Source: a bacterium
GTDB taxonomy: Bacteria > Krumholzibacteriota > Krumholzibacteriia > G020349025
Assembly (NCBI GenBank): GCA_031362565.1
Contig: JANLSU010000130.1
Span: 1-60,963, forward strand
Direction: 5' to 3'
DNA length: 60,963 bases
The position numbers were made by a program, and so were the translations under genes. This document shows, piece by piece, positions 59,359 through 60,963 of the stretch. Each line of letters starts with the position of its first letter. Within the stretch, counting starts at the first letter, position 1. The notes under the pieces were generated by a model. It searched no databases. It was given only the letters and a program-made list of their open reading frames with translations, and was not told the DNA's origin.

Positions 59359-60826
59359 ATGCACGGCGACGCGTTTCTCGAAGCCTTGACGATCGTGCTT
59401 TGCACGGCCGGCATCACGACCGTGCTCTTCCAACGGCTGCGCCAGCCGGTGGTCCTTGGCTACATCCTCGCGGGTGTCATCGTCGGGCCGCACGTGCCCA
59501 TTCCATTGATCGCGGACCCGGAGATCGTGCAGACGCTTTCCGAGGTTGGCGTCATCCTGCTCTTGTTTTCGCTCGGACTCGAGTTCCGCCTGCGGAAGCT
59601 GTTTCAGATGGGCCCGGGCCCGAGTATCACGGCGTTGATCGAATGCAGTGTCATGGTTTGGCTTGGCTTCTTGGTCGGCCGGGGCTTCGGATGGACGACG
59701 CGTGAGTGTTTCTTCGCGGGCTCGATCATCGCGATCTCGAGCACGACGGTCATTGCAAAGGCATTCGACGAACAAGGCATCCTGGGCAAGCTGCGCGAGC
59801 GCGTCATCGGCGTCCTCATCGTCGAGGATCTGATCGCCGTTCTCCTCATGACCGCTTTGACCGCCCTGTCCGCCGGCGACGGACTGGGAGTCGGGACGCT
59901 GGTGCGTTCCAGCGCGCGGCTGCTCATCTTCCTGGTGGCGTTCGGCGCCATCGGCCTCCTTGTCGTGCCACCGACGATCCGCGCTATTCAGCGTCTGCAA
60001 CGCGCCGAGACGACGCTCGTCGCCAGCATCGGGGTGTGCTTCGCGGGTGCGCTCCTGGCGTTGAAGTTCGGCTACTCGGTGGCGCTCGGAGCCTTCATCG
60101 CCGGATCGCTGGTGGCCGAGTCCGGCGCCGAGAAGGCGATCGAGCCGCTCATCCATCCGGTGCGTGACATGTTCGCGGCGATTTTCTTCGTCTCGGTGGG
60201 CATGTTGATCGATCCGCACTTGATTGCCGAGCACTGGCAAGCCGTGGCAGTGCTGACGTTCGTGGTCATCGCCGGCAAAGTGATCGCGGTTGCGGTGGGT
60301 GCATTTCTCACCGGCAGCGGCACCCGGACCTCGGTACAGACCGGCATGAGCCTGGCGCAAATCGGTGAGTTCTCTTTCATCATCGCGAGCCTGGGCGTGG
60401 CACTCGGCGCGACGCGCTCGTTTCTCTATCCGGTGGCGGTGGCGGTGTCGGCACTGACGACACTCACCACCCCCTGGCTCATCCGCGCCTCGGGTCCAAC
60501 GGCATCGTTCGTCGACCGCAAGTTGCCGCGGGCGCTGCAAACGTTCGGCGCCTTGTACGGCACCTGGATCGAGGGCTTGCGGAGCGCCACGCGGCAGAAA
60601 ACCGAAACTTCGGCTATCCGCCGCCTCGTGCGGTTGCTCGCCGTGGATCTGCTGGTCCTCGCAGCACTCATCATTGGTGCGGCGCTTTCCGCCGGCACCG
60701 TCGTCGAGTTCCTCCAAGGCGGGCTCGGATTCGGTCCGCGGCTGTCGCAAGGGCTCGTCGTCGCCGGCGCCGCGGTGCTGGGGATTCCCTTGGTCGCCGG
60801 CTTGTTTCGCATCACCCGCCGGCTAG
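59359..60826 (+). pseudogene. CPA2 cation:proton antiporter, apparently interrupted near its 3' end
   Basis: QPVVLGY, LLFSLGLEF, SSTTV, VEDL, FFVSVG, IGEFSF; the translation loses membrane-protein character after CTAG at 60823-60826. Confidence 0.65.
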
Positions 60827-60963
60827 GAGCCTGTCCCAGTAACGGCGAGTGGGCAGGCGTTTCCCGCCGGTCGCGACCGGGAATCGGTGATCTGCTTGCG
60901 GTTGTCGCGGTGGCGAGATGTCACGAAACGTCTTGCGACGCAGCTCACGCCCTGGTTTGAGCG
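60827..60963. mobile_element. Probable end of an IS5-family insertion sequence (partial)
   Basis: CTAG followed by GAGCCTGTCCCAGTAA at the point where the antiporter sequence breaks, close to the window end; no transposase visible. Confidence 0.45.

Noticed and set aside
36001..60963. Genomic island or prophage integrated at tRNA-Pro or tRNA-Leu
   Set aside because: No integrase, phage genes or duplicated tRNA 3' end found by eye.

Overview
High-GC bacterial chromosomal segment. A FlgD-Ig-type C-terminal tail on a secreted esterase suggests an FCB-related lineage such as Krumholzibacteriota, Latescibacterota or Eisenbacteria; this is inference only. It carries about 52 CDS, two tRNAs (Leu-CAG, Pro-TGG) and a conserved smpB-amidase-gerMN-rph-rdgB-tRNA block. 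Accessory content includes an exosortase-EpsI/flippase locus, glcDEF, ETF-QO, a LonC-type protease and oxyR-catalase-ankyrin. Main findings: (1) a 68-aa Bd0055-like bacterial histone directly behind a PAS/NarL two-component pair; (2) a five-gene operon encoding a Fe-S flavoprotein, a heme-b-like membrane protein, 20-heme and 16-heme cytochromes c and a beta-barrel, which looks like a complete trans-envelope electron conduit; (3) an ECF sigma plus Ser/Thr kinase pair whose two flanking genes share a 36-bp upstream motif, a candidate new ECF promoter; (4) a Nal1-like protease followed by a stand-alone copy of its prodomain. Also seen: a deleted fasciclin pseudogene, Fur-like and OxyR boxes, and a probable IS5-family end truncating a CPA2 antiporter at the window end. 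All calls come from reading motifs by eye; no database searches were run.
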